From assembly GCA_021802825.1 (NCBI GenBank), contig JAJZRG010000009.1:10010-74009 (forward strand): a DNA stretch of 64,000 bases, in the 5' to 3' direction. The stretch is from Chloroflexota bacterium. Its GTDB lineage: Bacteria > Chloroflexota > Limnocylindria > Limnocylindrales > CSP1-4. Below, in pieces: positions 25,461-34,694 of the stretch. The translations under genes were made by a program, and so were the position numbers. Every line of letters begins with the position of its first letter. Within the stretch, counting starts at the first letter, position 1. Under the pieces are notes generated by a model. It had not been told where the DNA came from. It saw nothing but the letters and a program-made list of their open reading frames with translations, and did no database searches.

Positions 25461-26150
25461 ATGGTCACGTCCCCAGACCCATCGTGTCCTGGACAGCCGC
25501 TCGTCGGCTTGTCGGGCGCGACCAAGTTGTACGGCCCTACGGTTGCCATCTGGCGTGTGGACCTTTGGGTCTTCCGCGGCGATGCCGTAGGGATCGTCGG
25601 GGGCAACGGCTCCGGGAAGACGACGCTGCTCCGGGTGGTCGCCGGCGTCCTCGACCTCGACGCTGGCCTGCGGAGGGTGGCCGACGAGTCAGCGCTGGCC
25701 CGCCCGAGGATCGCCCTCCTCGGGCACCGGACAGGGTTGTACGGGGATCTCAGCCTTCGCGAGAACCTGCGGCTGGTCGCCCTCGCCTCCCACTCCAGGG
25801 CGGGCTGGCGAGATGAGGTGCTCGCCCGCCTGGACCTCCACGAGGTTGCGGACCTCCGCGTCTCTACGCTATCCGCCGGGACACGTCGGCGCGCAGGCCT
25901 GGCCCGGGCCCTCGTCTCGGATCCCGATCTGCTGATCGCTGACGAGCCGTTCAGTTCGGTCGACGCGCGCCATGCCGAAGCGATGGCCGACGCCATGCGC
26001 TCTTGGCATGCGTCAGGCGGATCGCTCCTCGTTGCCGGCCATGACGCGGCGACGCTGCTCCCTGTGTGCGTCCGGCTGCATCGGCTGTCCGGTGGCCGGC
26101 TCGTGTCGGCAGTAGACAGCGCCGCGCACACCGGTCGGTGCAGCGCATGA
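25461..26150 (+). CDS. ccmA: Heme exporter ATP-binding protein CcmA
   Basis: ORF 25281..26150, ATG 25461. Walker A GGNGSGKTT, signature LSAGTRRR, Walker B LLIADEP. First gene of the ccm operon. Confidence 0.85.
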   Translation: MVTSPDPSCPGQPLVGLSGATKLYGPTVAIWRVDLWVFRGDAVGIVGGNGSGKTTLLRVVAGVLDLDAGLRRVADESALARPRIALLGHRTGLYGDLSLRENLRLVALASHSRAGWRDEVLARLDLHEVADLRVSTLSAGTRRRAGLARALVSDPDLLIADEPFSSVDARHAEAMADAMRSWHASGGSLLVAGHDAATLLPVCVRLHRLSGGRLVSAVDSAAHTGRCSA

Positions 26151-26821
26151 GCATCTTTCGGGAGGCTCTTGAGCTGGCGCGCAAGGACATCGTCACCGAG
26201 ATCCGCGCACGAGATGCGCTCCCGAGCGCGATTGCGCTCGGGGCGACGGCCCTGTTGGTGGTGGCGCTCGCCATCGGACCGGACGTCGAGCGCCTCCGCT
26301 CGCTTGCCCCGGCGCTCGTCGGCGTGGTCCTCGCCTTCGCCACGATCACACTCGCCGATCGGCTCGACGCCGTCGATCGGGCCGATGACGCGTTCGTCGC
26401 CCTGTGGCTCGTTCTGGAGGACCCGCGGGCAATCCTCATCGGGCGGGTGATCAGCCTGACAGCAAGCCTCTTCGTCCTCGAGCTCGGGCTGTGGGTCTCG
26501 GCGTCGCTGCTCCTGGACGTCGAGCTCACCGCGGCGACTGTGGTTCTGGTGCCGGTCGCCCTCTTGTCGAGTCTCTCGGCGGCCTCGGTCGCAGCGCTTG
26601 TGATGACGCTCGTTGGCACGACGCCACAGCGCACGGTGCTCGCGCCGACGCTGCTGCTGCCACTTCTTGTGCCGACCCTGCTGTCGGGCGTGCAGGCGGC
26701 GAGCGCTGTGCTCGCGGGCAGCGGTCCGCTTGTCCTGTGGGCCGGCGTCAGCGGTGCGGAAGCGCTCCTGTTCGTGGGTGTTGGGTTGCTCACCTACCGC
26801 GAGGCTGCGAAGCCGGCATGA
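26147..26821 (+). CDS. ccmB: Heme exporter membrane protein CcmB
   Basis: ATG 26147 (MSIFREALELARKDIVTEIR), ATGA overlap with ccmA. 6-TM protein in the canonical position. Confidence 0.8.
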   Translation: MSIFREALELARKDIVTEIRARDALPSAIALGATALLVVALAIGPDVERLRSLAPALVGVVLAFATITLADRLDAVDRADDAFVALWLVLEDPRAILIGRVISLTASLFVLELGLWVSASLLLDVELTAATVVLVPVALLSSLSAASVAALVMTLVGTTPQRTVLAPTLLLPLLVPTLLSGVQAASAVLAGSGPLVLWAGVSGAEALLFVGVGLLTYREAAKPA

Positions 26822-27486
26822 TCCGAGGTGGTTGGATTCGTGCGCACTCCGGCATGATGGTCGCGGGGGCTGTCGCTGTTGTGCTGGTCACGGGCCTGAT
26901 GCTCGTGCCCGCGGACGCGAGCCAGGGCGACGTACAGCGGCTGATGTACGTGCACGTCCCGGCGGCATGGGTGGGCTACCTCGCGTTCCTCGTGGTCTTC
27001 CTCGCGAGCGTCGGCTACTTGTGGCGGCGCACCGCCCGCCTCGATCACCTGGCGGCGGCCTGCGCTGAGGTTGGGGTGCTGTTCACCGCAGTCGCGATCG
27101 CGTCGGGCTCGATCTGGGGCAAGGCCACCTGGGGCAAGTGGTGGGATTGGGACCCGAGGCTCACCACCACGGCGATCATGCTGCTCGCGTACGCCGCATA
27201 CCTGCTGCTGCGGCAGTCGATCGCGGACCGCCGGCGACGCGCCCGGCTGGCCGCGGTGTTCGGCGTGCTGGCGTTCGTCAACGTGCCGGTGGTGCACTTC
27301 TCGGTGTTGTGGTGGCGGAGCCTCCACCAGCCACCGACCATCCTCCGGCCAGGCGACCCCACAATCGACCACCTGCTGCTAGCCCAGCTGATCGCCAGCG
27401 TGGCCGTGTTCAGTCTCGCGTTTGTCTGGCTCGTGCGCGAGCGTGTGCGCCTCGAGCGAATTCGCGAAGCGGTTGCCGATGTCTGA
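26818..27486 (+). CDS. ccmC: Heme exporter protein CcmC
   Basis: ATG 26818, ATGA overlap. WWD motif WGKATWGKWWDWDPRL. Confidence 0.9.
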   Translation: MIRGGWIRAHSGMMVAGAVAVVLVTGLMLVPADASQGDVQRLMYVHVPAAWVGYLAFLVVFLASVGYLWRRTARLDHLAAACAEVGVLFTAVAIASGSIWGKATWGKWWDWDPRLTTTAIMLLAYAAYLLLRQSIADRRRRARLAAVFGVLAFVNVPVVHFSVLWWRSLHQPPTILRPGDPTIDHLLLAQLIASVAVFSLAFVWLVRERVRLERIREAVADV

Positions 27487-27658
27487 CCTCCAGTTCGTCC
27501 TGGCCGGGTATCTCGTCGTTGTGGGGGGCGTTGCAGCTTATGCCGTCATGCTCCGGCGCCGGCTCGCCGCGGCGCGCATCCGGAGGGCAGCCATGCGTGC
27601 GTTCTCCGAGTCCACCAGCGACGACGCGGCACCCGTGCATGACGCCAGCCCCAAGTGA
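27479..27658 (+). CDS. ccmD: CcmD-like small membrane protein
   Basis: ATG 27479 (MSDLQFVLAGYLVVVGGVAAYAVMLRRRL). Single TM helix, located between ccmC and ccmE. Confidence 0.6.
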   Translation: MSDLQFVLAGYLVVVGGVAAYAVMLRRRLAAARIRRAAMRAFSESTSDDAAPVHDASPK

Positions 27659-28086
27659 GCAGACGGGTCTCGGCGCTCGGGTTGTTGCTGGTCGGTGCGG
27701 CGCTTGTCGTGCTGGTCGGCGTCGGGCTCTCGAGCGCCGTCGTCTACTACAGAACGCCTTCGGAGCTCCTTGCAAGCCGGGACAGCGCGCCCACTCGCCT
27801 GTATGGCCTGGTCGTCCCAGGATCGGTACACGTCGACGCCGCGACGCACCGCCTTTCGTTCAGGATCACGGATGGCACTACATCGATCGGCGTCGTGTCC
27901 ACGGCGCTGCCGACGGCGCTGTTTCGTGATGGGGTCGGGGTCGTTCTGGCCGGCAGCATGGGTCCAGGGGACGTCTTCGCCGCGGACGAAGTGCTCGTGA
28001 AGCACTCCGAAGTCTATGAGGCGATCCAGCCTGGGCAGACGGTTCCGCCGGCGGTCGTGACCTCGCTGGGCGGTGGCACACCGTGA
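27655..28086 (+). CDS. ccmE: Heme chaperone CcmE
   Basis: GTG 27655 (GTGA overlap). N-terminal anchor, OB-fold pattern LYGLVVPGSV...FRITDG...V, heme-binding VLVKHSEVYEA. Confidence 0.85.
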   Translation: MSRRVSALGLLLVGAALVVLVGVGLSSAVVYYRTPSELLASRDSAPTRLYGLVVPGSVHVDAATHRLSFRITDGTTSIGVVSTALPTALFRDGVGVVLAGSMGPGDVFAADEVLVKHSEVYEAIQPGQTVPPAVVTSLGGGTP

Positions 28087-29999
28087 TCGCTGCGGGAGGG
28101 TACGCCTTCACATTCCTCGGGACCGGCAGCGCGGTGCTCGGCCTTATCGCCGCGATCCAGGCGCTGCGAGGACGCTGGCCGTCCGGGATCGCCGTCATGT
28201 GCGCCGCAGCCTCCGCCGTCGGGTTTGCGGGAGCGTCGGTGCTCATGATCGTCGCGCTCCTTGCGAGGGACTTCAGCGTTTCGTACGTCGCGCAGGTCGG
28301 CAGCCGGTCCACGCCTGCGCTCTTCACGGTGTCGTCGCTGTGGGCGGCGCTCGAGGGCTCCATCCTCCTCTGGGCGTCGCTCCTCGCAGTGGTCACCGTC
28401 GCCGCGGCGCGCTGGGTGACCAGCCGACCTCCTGACCGGAGGCCTGGGGTCCTCGCCGTCCTCCACGCGCTGCTCGCGTTCTTCGGCATCCTGCTGCTCG
28501 GCCCCGGCAACCCGTGGCGACCGGTGTTCCCGGTGCCGGCCGACGGGCCGGGCCCGAACCCTCTGCTGGCGCAGCACCCGCTCATGGTTATTCACCCGCC
28601 GCTGCTCTACTTGGGGTTCGTCGGGCTAGCAGTGCCGTTCGCCCTGACCGTCGACGCCCTGTGGCACCGGCGGCTCGATGACCGATGGATTGCGGATGCG
28701 TCGCGTTCTACGGTCGTGGCGTGGATACCGCTCACGCTCGGTCTGACCGCTGGGGCGTGGTGGTCGTACGCGGTCCTCGGGTGGGGCGGCTACTGGGCGT
28801 GGGACCCCGTGGAGAACGTCGCCCTCCTGCCGTGGCTCACGGCGACTGCCTTCCTCCACTCGGCGATGGTCGGCCGCCGCACCGGCGCGCTCCTCGGCTG
28901 GAACGTGGCGCTCGTGAGCGCGTCTTTTCTGCTGACGCTGTTCGCGACGCTGGTCACGCGGAGCGGCGTCCTACAGTCGGTGCACGCGTTCACACTGTCC
29001 GCTATCGGGCCCCTGCTGGCAGGCCTCGTGGCGGCGTCGCTGATCGGCACGGTCGGCCTCGCGGCCCTGCGGACCCCTGCTGGGCGGACAGGCTCGATCG
29101 GCGGCATCCGCGGTGCGGCGATCATGGCAAACAACCTCCTTCTGGTGGCGGTCGCCGCGACGGTGATGGCCGGAACGGTGTTCCCCCTGGTTGTCGAGGC
29201 CGTCGACGGCAGTCGGGTCAGTGTTGGCGCTCCGTATTTCGAGAGGATCGTGGGGCCCATTGGGGCGGTCCTCCTGGGTCTGATGGCCGCTGGCCCGCTC
29301 CTGCCCTGGGGGCGCTGGACCGACCGAATCGCCTGGCGGCTTGTCACGCCGCTGTTCGGCGCTGTCGTAGGGGCCGTGGCCGCGGCGGCCGCGGGACTCG
29401 GCGCGGCCGGTGTCCTCGGCACGGCGGGCGCCAGTTTCTCCCTGTTCGCGACGCTGTTATCGGTGGCGCGACGTTCCCGCCTGCGCCCGCTCTCGGTCCG
29501 CCGGCAGGGCGGATTGGTCGCGCACGCAGGCCTCGCTGTGATGGCGCTCGCGATCGTTCTCGCTGCATCCGGCCGCGCAGACGCCGAGGCGCAGTTGCGT
29601 CCCGGGCAGGTCGTTTCGGTGGCGGGCCACCGGGTCGAGTTTCTCTCGACCGCCGCCGGATCGTCGAGCACGGGCATGACCGTGGAGGCCAGCCTGGTCC
29701 TCGACGGAACCGCCTTCGAGCCGGGGCCGCGCCTGACGGTGTCGTCGCTATCGAACCAGGCCTTCGCGACGCCCGCCGTCAGGCCGGGAGTCTTGGGGGA
29801 CGTGTACGTGGCGCTCCTTGACGCCGATCCGGCGTCCGGGACGGTGACCGTGCGGGTGTCCACCTACCCATTCATCAGCTGGCTCTGGGTAGGCGGGGTC
29901 GTGCTCGCCCTGGGCGCGGCGCTCACGCTGGCCCAGAGGGGGCGCGGTTCCGAGGCAGTGATTGCGGCGGAGGCTGCCGCGGTGCGCGCTGGTGGCTGA
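28083..29999 (+). CDS. ccmF: Cytochrome c-type biogenesis protein CcmF (heme lyase)
   Basis: GTG 28083 (GTGA overlap). 638 aa polytopic protein. WWD motif WWSYAVLGWGGYWAWDPVENVALLPWL. Confidence 0.9.
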   Translation: MIAAGGYAFTFLGTGSAVLGLIAAIQALRGRWPSGIAVMCAAASAVGFAGASVLMIVALLARDFSVSYVAQVGSRSTPALFTVSSLWAALEGSILLWASLLAVVTVAAARWVTSRPPDRRPGVLAVLHALLAFFGILLLGPGNPWRPVFPVPADGPGPNPLLAQHPLMVIHPPLLYLGFVGLAVPFALTVDALWHRRLDDRWIADASRSTVVAWIPLTLGLTAGAWWSYAVLGWGGYWAWDPVENVALLPWLTATAFLHSAMVGRRTGALLGWNVALVSASFLLTLFATLVTRSGVLQSVHAFTLSAIGPLLAGLVAASLIGTVGLAALRTPAGRTGSIGGIRGAAIMANNLLLVAVAATVMAGTVFPLVVEAVDGSRVSVGAPYFERIVGPIGAVLLGLMAAGPLLPWGRWTDRIAWRLVTPLFGAVVGAVAAAAAGLGAAGVLGTAGASFSLFATLLSVARRSRLRPLSVRRQGGLVAHAGLAVMALAIVLAASGRADAEAQLRPGQVVSVAGHRVEFLSTAAGSSSTGMTVEASLVLDGTAFEPGPRLTVSSLSNQAFATPAVRPGVLGDVYVALLDADPASGTVTVRVSTYPFISWLWVGGVVLALGAALTLAQRGRGSEAVIAAEAAAVRAGG

Positions 30000-30591
30000 G
30001 CAGGCGGCCTCGACTGGTCCGGCCGATCCCGAGGCGTGGGACCCGGCACCGCCGTCTCGGCCACGTACCCGGCGCCGACTTGTCTGGATCCTCGGCGCCA
30101 TTGCCGTCGCGATCCTCGTTGAAGTGACCGTCACCTTCCGGGTCACCCCGCCATCGGGAATGGACCGGGGTCCGGGCGTCGATCGCCCGGCCGCCTCCTT
30201 CGATCTCCAGACTCTCGACGGCCGCCGCCTCGGCCTCGGGAACTATGCAGGGCGCCCCGTGATCGTGAACTTCTGGGCTTCCTGGTGCCCTCCGTGCCGC
30301 GAGGAGGCGCCGTTGCTGGTGCAGCTGGCGCGCAGGGCGCCCCAGGGTTTGGCCGTGGTCGGCATCCTGTATCAGGACACTGCAGAGAACGCTCAGAGGT
30401 TCGTGGACGAGTTCGGCGTGCCTTACGCCACCCTGCTCGACCCGCAGGGGACCGCCGCGATCGACTATGGCCTCACCGGCATCCCCGAGACCTTCTTCAT
30501 AGACCGCACGGGGATGATCCGGGCCCACCAGGTCGGGGTGCTCTCGCAGGCCGACATCGACGCCAAGCTCCGCACGATCGCCGGGCCATGA
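29992..30591 (+). CDS. ccmG: Thiol:disulfide oxidoreductase CcmG/DsbE (thioredoxin fold)
   Basis: Track ORF starts at TTG 29962; GTG 29992 overlaps the ccmF end. TM anchor, [13 protein letters not shown] active site, [12 protein letters not shown]. Confidence 0.85.
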   Translation: MAEQAASTGPADPEAWDPAPPSRPRTRRRLVWILGAIAVAILVEVTVTFRVTPPSGMDRGPGVDRPAASFDLQTLDGRRLGLGNYAGRPVIVNFWASWCPPCREEAPLLVQLARRAPQGLAVVGILYQDTAENAQRFVDEFGVPYATLLDPQGTAAIDYGLTGIPETFFIDRTGMIRAHQVGVLSQADIDAKLRTIAGP

Positions 30592-31613
30592 GTCGTTCTC
30601 GCATGAGAGCAGCGATCCTCCTTGCCCTGGCAGGCAGCGCGCTGGTCATCGCTGCTGCCGTGCTGCTGGCATCGTCGCGGCCTCGAGATCTCTCGGCGCG
30701 AGCACGGGCGATTGAGTCGACGCTCCGCTGCCCCACCTGCCAGGCGACGTCGGTTGCCGATTCCCCTGCCCAGGCTGCGAGACAGATCCGACAGGTTGTG
30801 GAGCAGCAGGTCCGGGACGGCCGCACGGATGAGCAGATCAGGGGCTTCTTCGCCGACAGATACGGAACTTGGATCCTCCTCGACCCCCCGACGACCGGCC
30901 CGGACATCGTGGTCTGGATTCTCCCAGCCGTCGTCGTGGTCGGTGGAGTGATCGTCCTGGTGCGCCATGCCCGCCATGCCCGACAGGCCAACCACGACTC
31001 TGGTACGGCCGATCTGGCAACGCGGCAAGGCGGCCCACGGCTGGCCGAGAGCGCGGTGTTCGGAGCGATGGTGTTGGCGCTCCTCGCGCCGATCCCAGCA
31101 GCGCTCGGCCTCCGGCCCGCAGGCGCGCCGGCGAGTGGCGGCGCGCCCTCGACGACCCCGACGATCGCGCAGCTAGAGGCGTGGGTTGCCGCCGATCCGT
31201 CTGACGCCAGGATTCTGACCCAACTCGGCGACGCTCTTCTGGGTGCCGGAGACCTGCCCGAGGCGGCCTCGCGCTATCGTGCTGCCCTGACGGTCGACCC
31301 AGCGGCCGACGCCCCGAAGCTCGGCTTGGCTGCGATCCTGATCGAATCGGGACGCCCTGACGTCGCTGTCACGCTGCTCGACGGCATTCTGGGCACGAAC
31401 GGCGCGAGTGCGGACGCCCTGTTCATGCGAATGGTGGCCAACCAGCAACTGTTCGGCCGGGCCGACGCCCGCGTGCGGGCCGACGCCGCCCGCTTCCTGG
31501 AAGTCGCGGCGGGCGACGACGTGCGCCGCACGACGGTCGAGTCGCTGCTCGCCGCGAGTGACGCGAATCAGTCGTCCGCCGCCAGCGCCAGCCCGGGATC
31601 GCCCGCTCCCTGA
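30588..31613 (+). CDS. ccmH: CcmH (CxxC) fused to CcmI-like TPR region
   Basis: ATG 30588 (ATGA overlap). LRCPTCQATSVADSPAQAARQIRQVV is the CcmH motif. TM helix, then a TPR-like Ala/Leu-rich C-terminal half. Confidence 0.8.
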   Translation: MSRSRMRAAILLALAGSALVIAAAVLLASSRPRDLSARARAIESTLRCPTCQATSVADSPAQAARQIRQVVEQQVRDGRTDEQIRGFFADRYGTWILLDPPTTGPDIVVWILPAVVVVGGVIVLVRHARHARQANHDSGTADLATRQGGPRLAESAVFGAMVLALLAPIPAALGLRPAGAPASGGAPSTTPTIAQLEAWVAADPSDARILTQLGDALLGAGDLPEAASRYRAALTVDPAADAPKLGLAAILIESGRPDVAVTLLDGILGTNGASADALFMRMVANQQLFGRADARVRADAARFLEVAAGDDVRRTTVESLLAASDANQSSAASASPGSPAP

Positions 31614-31628
31614 TCGAACGCCCATCCC

Positions 31629-31701
31629 GCGCGGTGATTGCCGCGCCCCCGAGCCGACGGGCCGATCAGGTGGGGGCGTGGCGCCGGCTCGCGAAGCGAG
31701 C
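31629..31701. terminator. Two short hairpins between convergent ccmH and the multicopper oxidase gene
   Basis: GCGCGG-tgattg-CCGCGC (31629..31646) and GCTCGC-gaa-GCGAGC (31687..31701). No U-tract, which is common in high-GC genomes. Confidence 0.3.
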
Positions 31702-31711
31702 GAGGCCAGCC

Positions 31712-32896
31712 CTACATCCCCGGCATGGCGGTCATGCCCGGCACCGCCGTGTGCTCGGGGGTCGTCGACGCAGGCGCCGTCGGATCCGAAGAAAGGCTGG
31801 GCGACGCTGAGGGCGCGGCACTCGACGCAGCCGGGATCGCCGATGCGGACGGCGATGGCGAAGGCCCGTCGGACGCCGTCACGACGATGGGCACGATCAG
31901 CCCGCCGGGCTCCACGCCGTTGTTGGTCACGTGGTGGAGGTCGTGGCAGTGGAACAGCCACGTGCCGGGGGCCGAGGCGAGGATGACCACGTCGTACGTG
32001 TCGCCTGGGGCGACGTCGAGCGTGTTGAGTCGCTGGGGCTGCGGTAGGGCCTCGCCGTCCTTGGCCACAACGGCCATGTCCAACCCGTGGAGGTGCATCG
32101 GGTGGAGGGTCTGGCTGGGGTTGACGATCCGCAGCCGCACCAGCTGTCCCTGGCGCACCGCGATCGGGGTCGTCGCCGGGTACGACTTGCCGTTCATGGT
32201 GAAGTAGTTGTAGTCCATGCTCATGGCGCCCATCGTCGCCATGTCGCTGCCGACCATCCAGTTGCCGATCGCGAGCACCTGCTCCACATCTGCGGCGATC
32301 TGGTCCGGCCCGGCTGGGTCGATGATTAGGGGCGCATAGAGCCCGCGGTCAATCTGCTCACGGCTCTTCGGGCCGTGAGCGTGGTACATGAAGGTGCCGG
32401 CGTGCGATGCCGTGAAGCGGTAGGTGTAGGAGCCGCCCGCCGGGATCGGATCCTGCGTCACGCCGGAGACGCCATCCTGGTCGTTGGGGACGTGGACGCC
32501 GTGCCAGTGGATCGAAGTCGGCTCCGTGAGTTGGTTGCGCACGTTGACCACGACCGCGTCGCCCTCCGTCACGCGGATGGTCGGGCCAGGCACCGTGCGG
32601 TTTACGGCGACAGCCTGCGTCGTGACGCCGGGCACAAGCTCCCAGGTGGTCTCGCCGATCGCGAGGTCGAACGTCTTCGTCCTGCCAGTCGGCGTGATGG
32701 GCTTGGTGGCGAGCAGCTGCTCGAGCGACGTGCGGCTGGCGAGGGCCAGGCCTGCATCGGTGCCGGTCGCGACGCCGGCGCTGCCCGCCCTGGCCCCCGC
32801 CAGGGCGTAGCCGCCGATCGCACTCGCCACAATCGCCGCGACGACCGCGGCCACGCTGACAACTCCAGGGACGCGCAACGACATGCGGGGCTCCAA
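31712..32896 (-). CDS. Two-domain multicopper oxidase with Met-rich C-terminus
   Basis: Copper ligand motifs HWHG, HAHG, HPMHLHG, HCHDLHH. Only 394 aa, so a 2-domain MCO. Tail is TPEHTAVPGMTAMPGM. Confidence 0.9.
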   Translation of the reverse strand: MEPRMSLRVPGVVSVAAVVAAIVASAIGGYALAGARAGSAGVATGTDAGLALASRTSLEQLLATKPITPTGRTKTFDLAIGETTWELVPGVTTQAVAVNRTVPGPTIRVTEGDAVVVNVRNQLTEPTSIHWHGVHVPNDQDGVSGVTQDPIPAGGSYTYRFTASHAGTFMYHAHGPKSREQIDRGLYAPLIIDPAGPDQIAADVEQVLAIGNWMVGSDMATMGAMSMDYNYFTMNGKSYPATTPIAVRQGQLVRLRIVNPSQTLHPMHLHGLDMAVVAKDGEALPQPQRLNTLDVAPGDTYDVVILASAPGTWLFHCHDLHHVTNNGVEPGGLIVPIVVTASDGPSPSPSASAIPAASSAAPSASPSLSSDPTAPASTTPEHTAVPGMTAMPGM

Positions 32897-32947
32897 CTGC
32901 AGGCGGCAGCGCTTGCTGCCGCTCGCGGGAAGGGTGGCCCGTGCGGA

Positions 32948-32973
32948 TGAGCCCGGGCTGAACGTGTGCTGAG
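32948..32973 (-). promoter_or_regulatory. Phased YTCA-N7 array (x3) upstream of the multicopper oxidase
   Basis: Top-strand TGAG 32948, TGAA 32959, TGAG 32970. Lies 52-77 nt upstream of ATG 32896. Confidence 0.5.
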
Positions 32974-33070
32974 AGGAGTGCCGGAGGGCATGGGTTCGCG
33001 GAGTCGCCCCCGCGCCGTTAGTTGTCTGGCTGCGGCCGACGCGCGGCCGCTGCCAGACTCCCCCTTCCCG

Positions 33071-33589
33071 TCAGGCGGGTACGGCCGCCTCCAGGGCGAT
33101 GGCCACCGGGGTCTCGCTGCGCAGCAGGTCGAGCACCGGGCAGTGGGCATCCACGTGGGCTTTCAGCCGCTCGAGCTCGGACCTCGGTGCCGGGCTGTCG
33201 AGGCGGACAGAGCCGCGGATCTCGCGGAAGCCGGGGCGTACTGCGCTGTCCACGGCGAAGAACCCGCGCAGGTCGACGTCGCCCTCGAGCGACACCGCCA
33301 CCCCGTCGAGCGGGATGCCCAGGTGGTCGGCGTGAAGCCGGTACGTGATCTCCTGGCAGGCGGCGAGGGCCAGCAGGGCGTACTCGACGGGGTTGGGCGC
33401 CGTGTCGCTGCCGCCGAGCAGCGGCGGCTCGTCCACCGCGAGCTCGAACGAGCGGATGCGCGCGTCGCTGCGGAGGCCGGACGTCTGCCGACTAGCGACG
33501 CGGAATGTGTGGACGGCGGCGCCGTGGGGGGCGGCCGCTAGGGCCTCGCGAGTGGCGGACACGAGCGGGGCGAAGGCGAACTCGGTCAT
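33071..33589 (-). CDS. OsmC/Ohr-family peroxiredoxin-like protein
   Basis: APNPVEYALLALAACQEITY and AHCPVLDLL provide the two conserved Cys contexts of the OsmC family. Confidence 0.8.
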   Translation of the reverse strand: MTEFAFAPLVSATREALAAAPHGAAVHTFRVASRQTSGLRSDARIRSFELAVDEPPLLGGSDTAPNPVEYALLALAACQEITYRLHADHLGIPLDGVAVSLEGDVDLRGFFAVDSAVRPGFREIRGSVRLDSPAPRSELERLKAHVDAHCPVLDLLRSETPVAIALEAAVPA

Positions 33590-33955
33590 GACATGATCTC
33601 CCAGGGGGTGCGTCGTGAATGGCGTACGAGTGGGAGGTCCCGGCCGGGGCGTGGTTCCGGCGGCTGGCCGTCGCGTTCGTCCTGAGGAGCGATGGGCCGC
33701 AGCGTGGGCTGCGTTCCCGGGACCTCGGCCCGAGGTCCCGTCCGGCGTCAGCCGGTCGCGGCACCCAGAGCCCCGTCCTCAGCGCGGCGGGGCCGCCGGC
33801 GCATACACATCATCCCCATGGGTCGGACGGGCGAGGTCATGGACGAACGGTATCGGCGCGCTCGGTTGCGGGGCAAGGGACGGCCCAGTGCCGATCTGGT
33901 GTCACAGCGACGCCGGCCCACCACGGCACGCCCCGCTCCGATCCCAGCGGCGGAG

Positions 33956-34603
33956 TCACGACGCGGTGCTGCGCTTGGATCGCCGCGGGACGAATCCCGG
34001 GGTAGTGGCAGCGTAGGCGTCGTACTTCGCCCCGAACTGGGCGCGCATCTCGCGCTCCTCGGTGCGTGCCAGCCGACGGTACGCGACGGCGAGGACCGGG
34101 AACATCACCAGCGTGACGAGCGTGGGCCACTGGACGAGCAGCCCCACCATCAGCAGGAGGAAGGCGACGTACTGCGGGTGGCGGACATGGGCGTAGGGTC
34201 CCGTCACCGCCAGCTCTCCTGCACGTTGCGCACGCCAGAGCACCGGCCAGGATCGGGCGAGGAGGAAGAACGCGGCGCCCATGAGGATGTAGCTCACGAG
34301 GTGGAATGGGCTCACGTGCGGGTCGCCGGTCCAGCCGATCAGGTCGTTGAGCAGGTGGCCTCCCGCGTGCGTGGCGGCGAGCTGCGGGAAGGCAGCACCC
34401 AGCAGTCCGGAGAGGACGTAGATGGTCAACGGGAACCCATACATCTCCGCAAAGAGCGCCACGACAAACGCGGAGAACGAGCCCATCACCCGCCAGTCGC
34501 GGCGTGTCTGGGGACGAAACAGCGTTGCGGCAAAGCCGATGAGAAGCGCGGAGTCCAGGACGACGATCACCCAGAGCCCGCCACCGAAGTCGGACACGGT
34601 CAC
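33956..34603 (-). CDS. Membrane methyltransferase, ICMT/PEMT (isoprenylcysteine carboxyl methyltransferase-like) family
   Basis: ORF 33956..34858, GTG 34603 (VTVSDFGGGLW) at the start of the hydrophobic region. LAVTGPYAHVRHPQYVAFLL plus EEREMRAQFGAKYDAY are typical ICMT/PEMT C-terminal motifs. Confidence 0.7.
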   Translation of the reverse strand: MTVSDFGGGLWVIVVLDSALLIGFAATLFRPQTRRDWRVMGSFSAFVVALFAEMYGFPLTIYVLSGLLGAAFPQLAATHAGGHLLNDLIGWTGDPHVSPFHLVSYILMGAAFFLLARSWPVLWRAQRAGELAVTGPYAHVRHPQYVAFLLLMVGLLVQWPTLVTLVMFPVLAVAYRRLARTEEREMRAQFGAKYDAYAATTPGFVPRRSKRSTAS

Positions 34604-34668
34604 CTTTCGAGCGCCCGCGGCCGATCCCGGCCGCCACACAAGCGCAGCCGAAGGATCCAGACGGCGGC

Positions 34669-34694
34669 TGAGATCCGAATGAGTCGCGGCTGAG
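34669..34694 (-). promoter_or_regulatory. Phased YTCA-N7 array (x3) upstream of the ICMT-like methyltransferase
   Basis: Top-strand TGAG at 34669, 34680 and 34691. Confidence 0.5.

Noticed and set aside
33616-33630. Possible phased array upstream of the OsmC-family gene (TGAA 33616, CGAG 33627).
   Set aside because: Only one good repeat and one degenerate repeat, and the third slot is TCCC. This is indistinguishable from chance.
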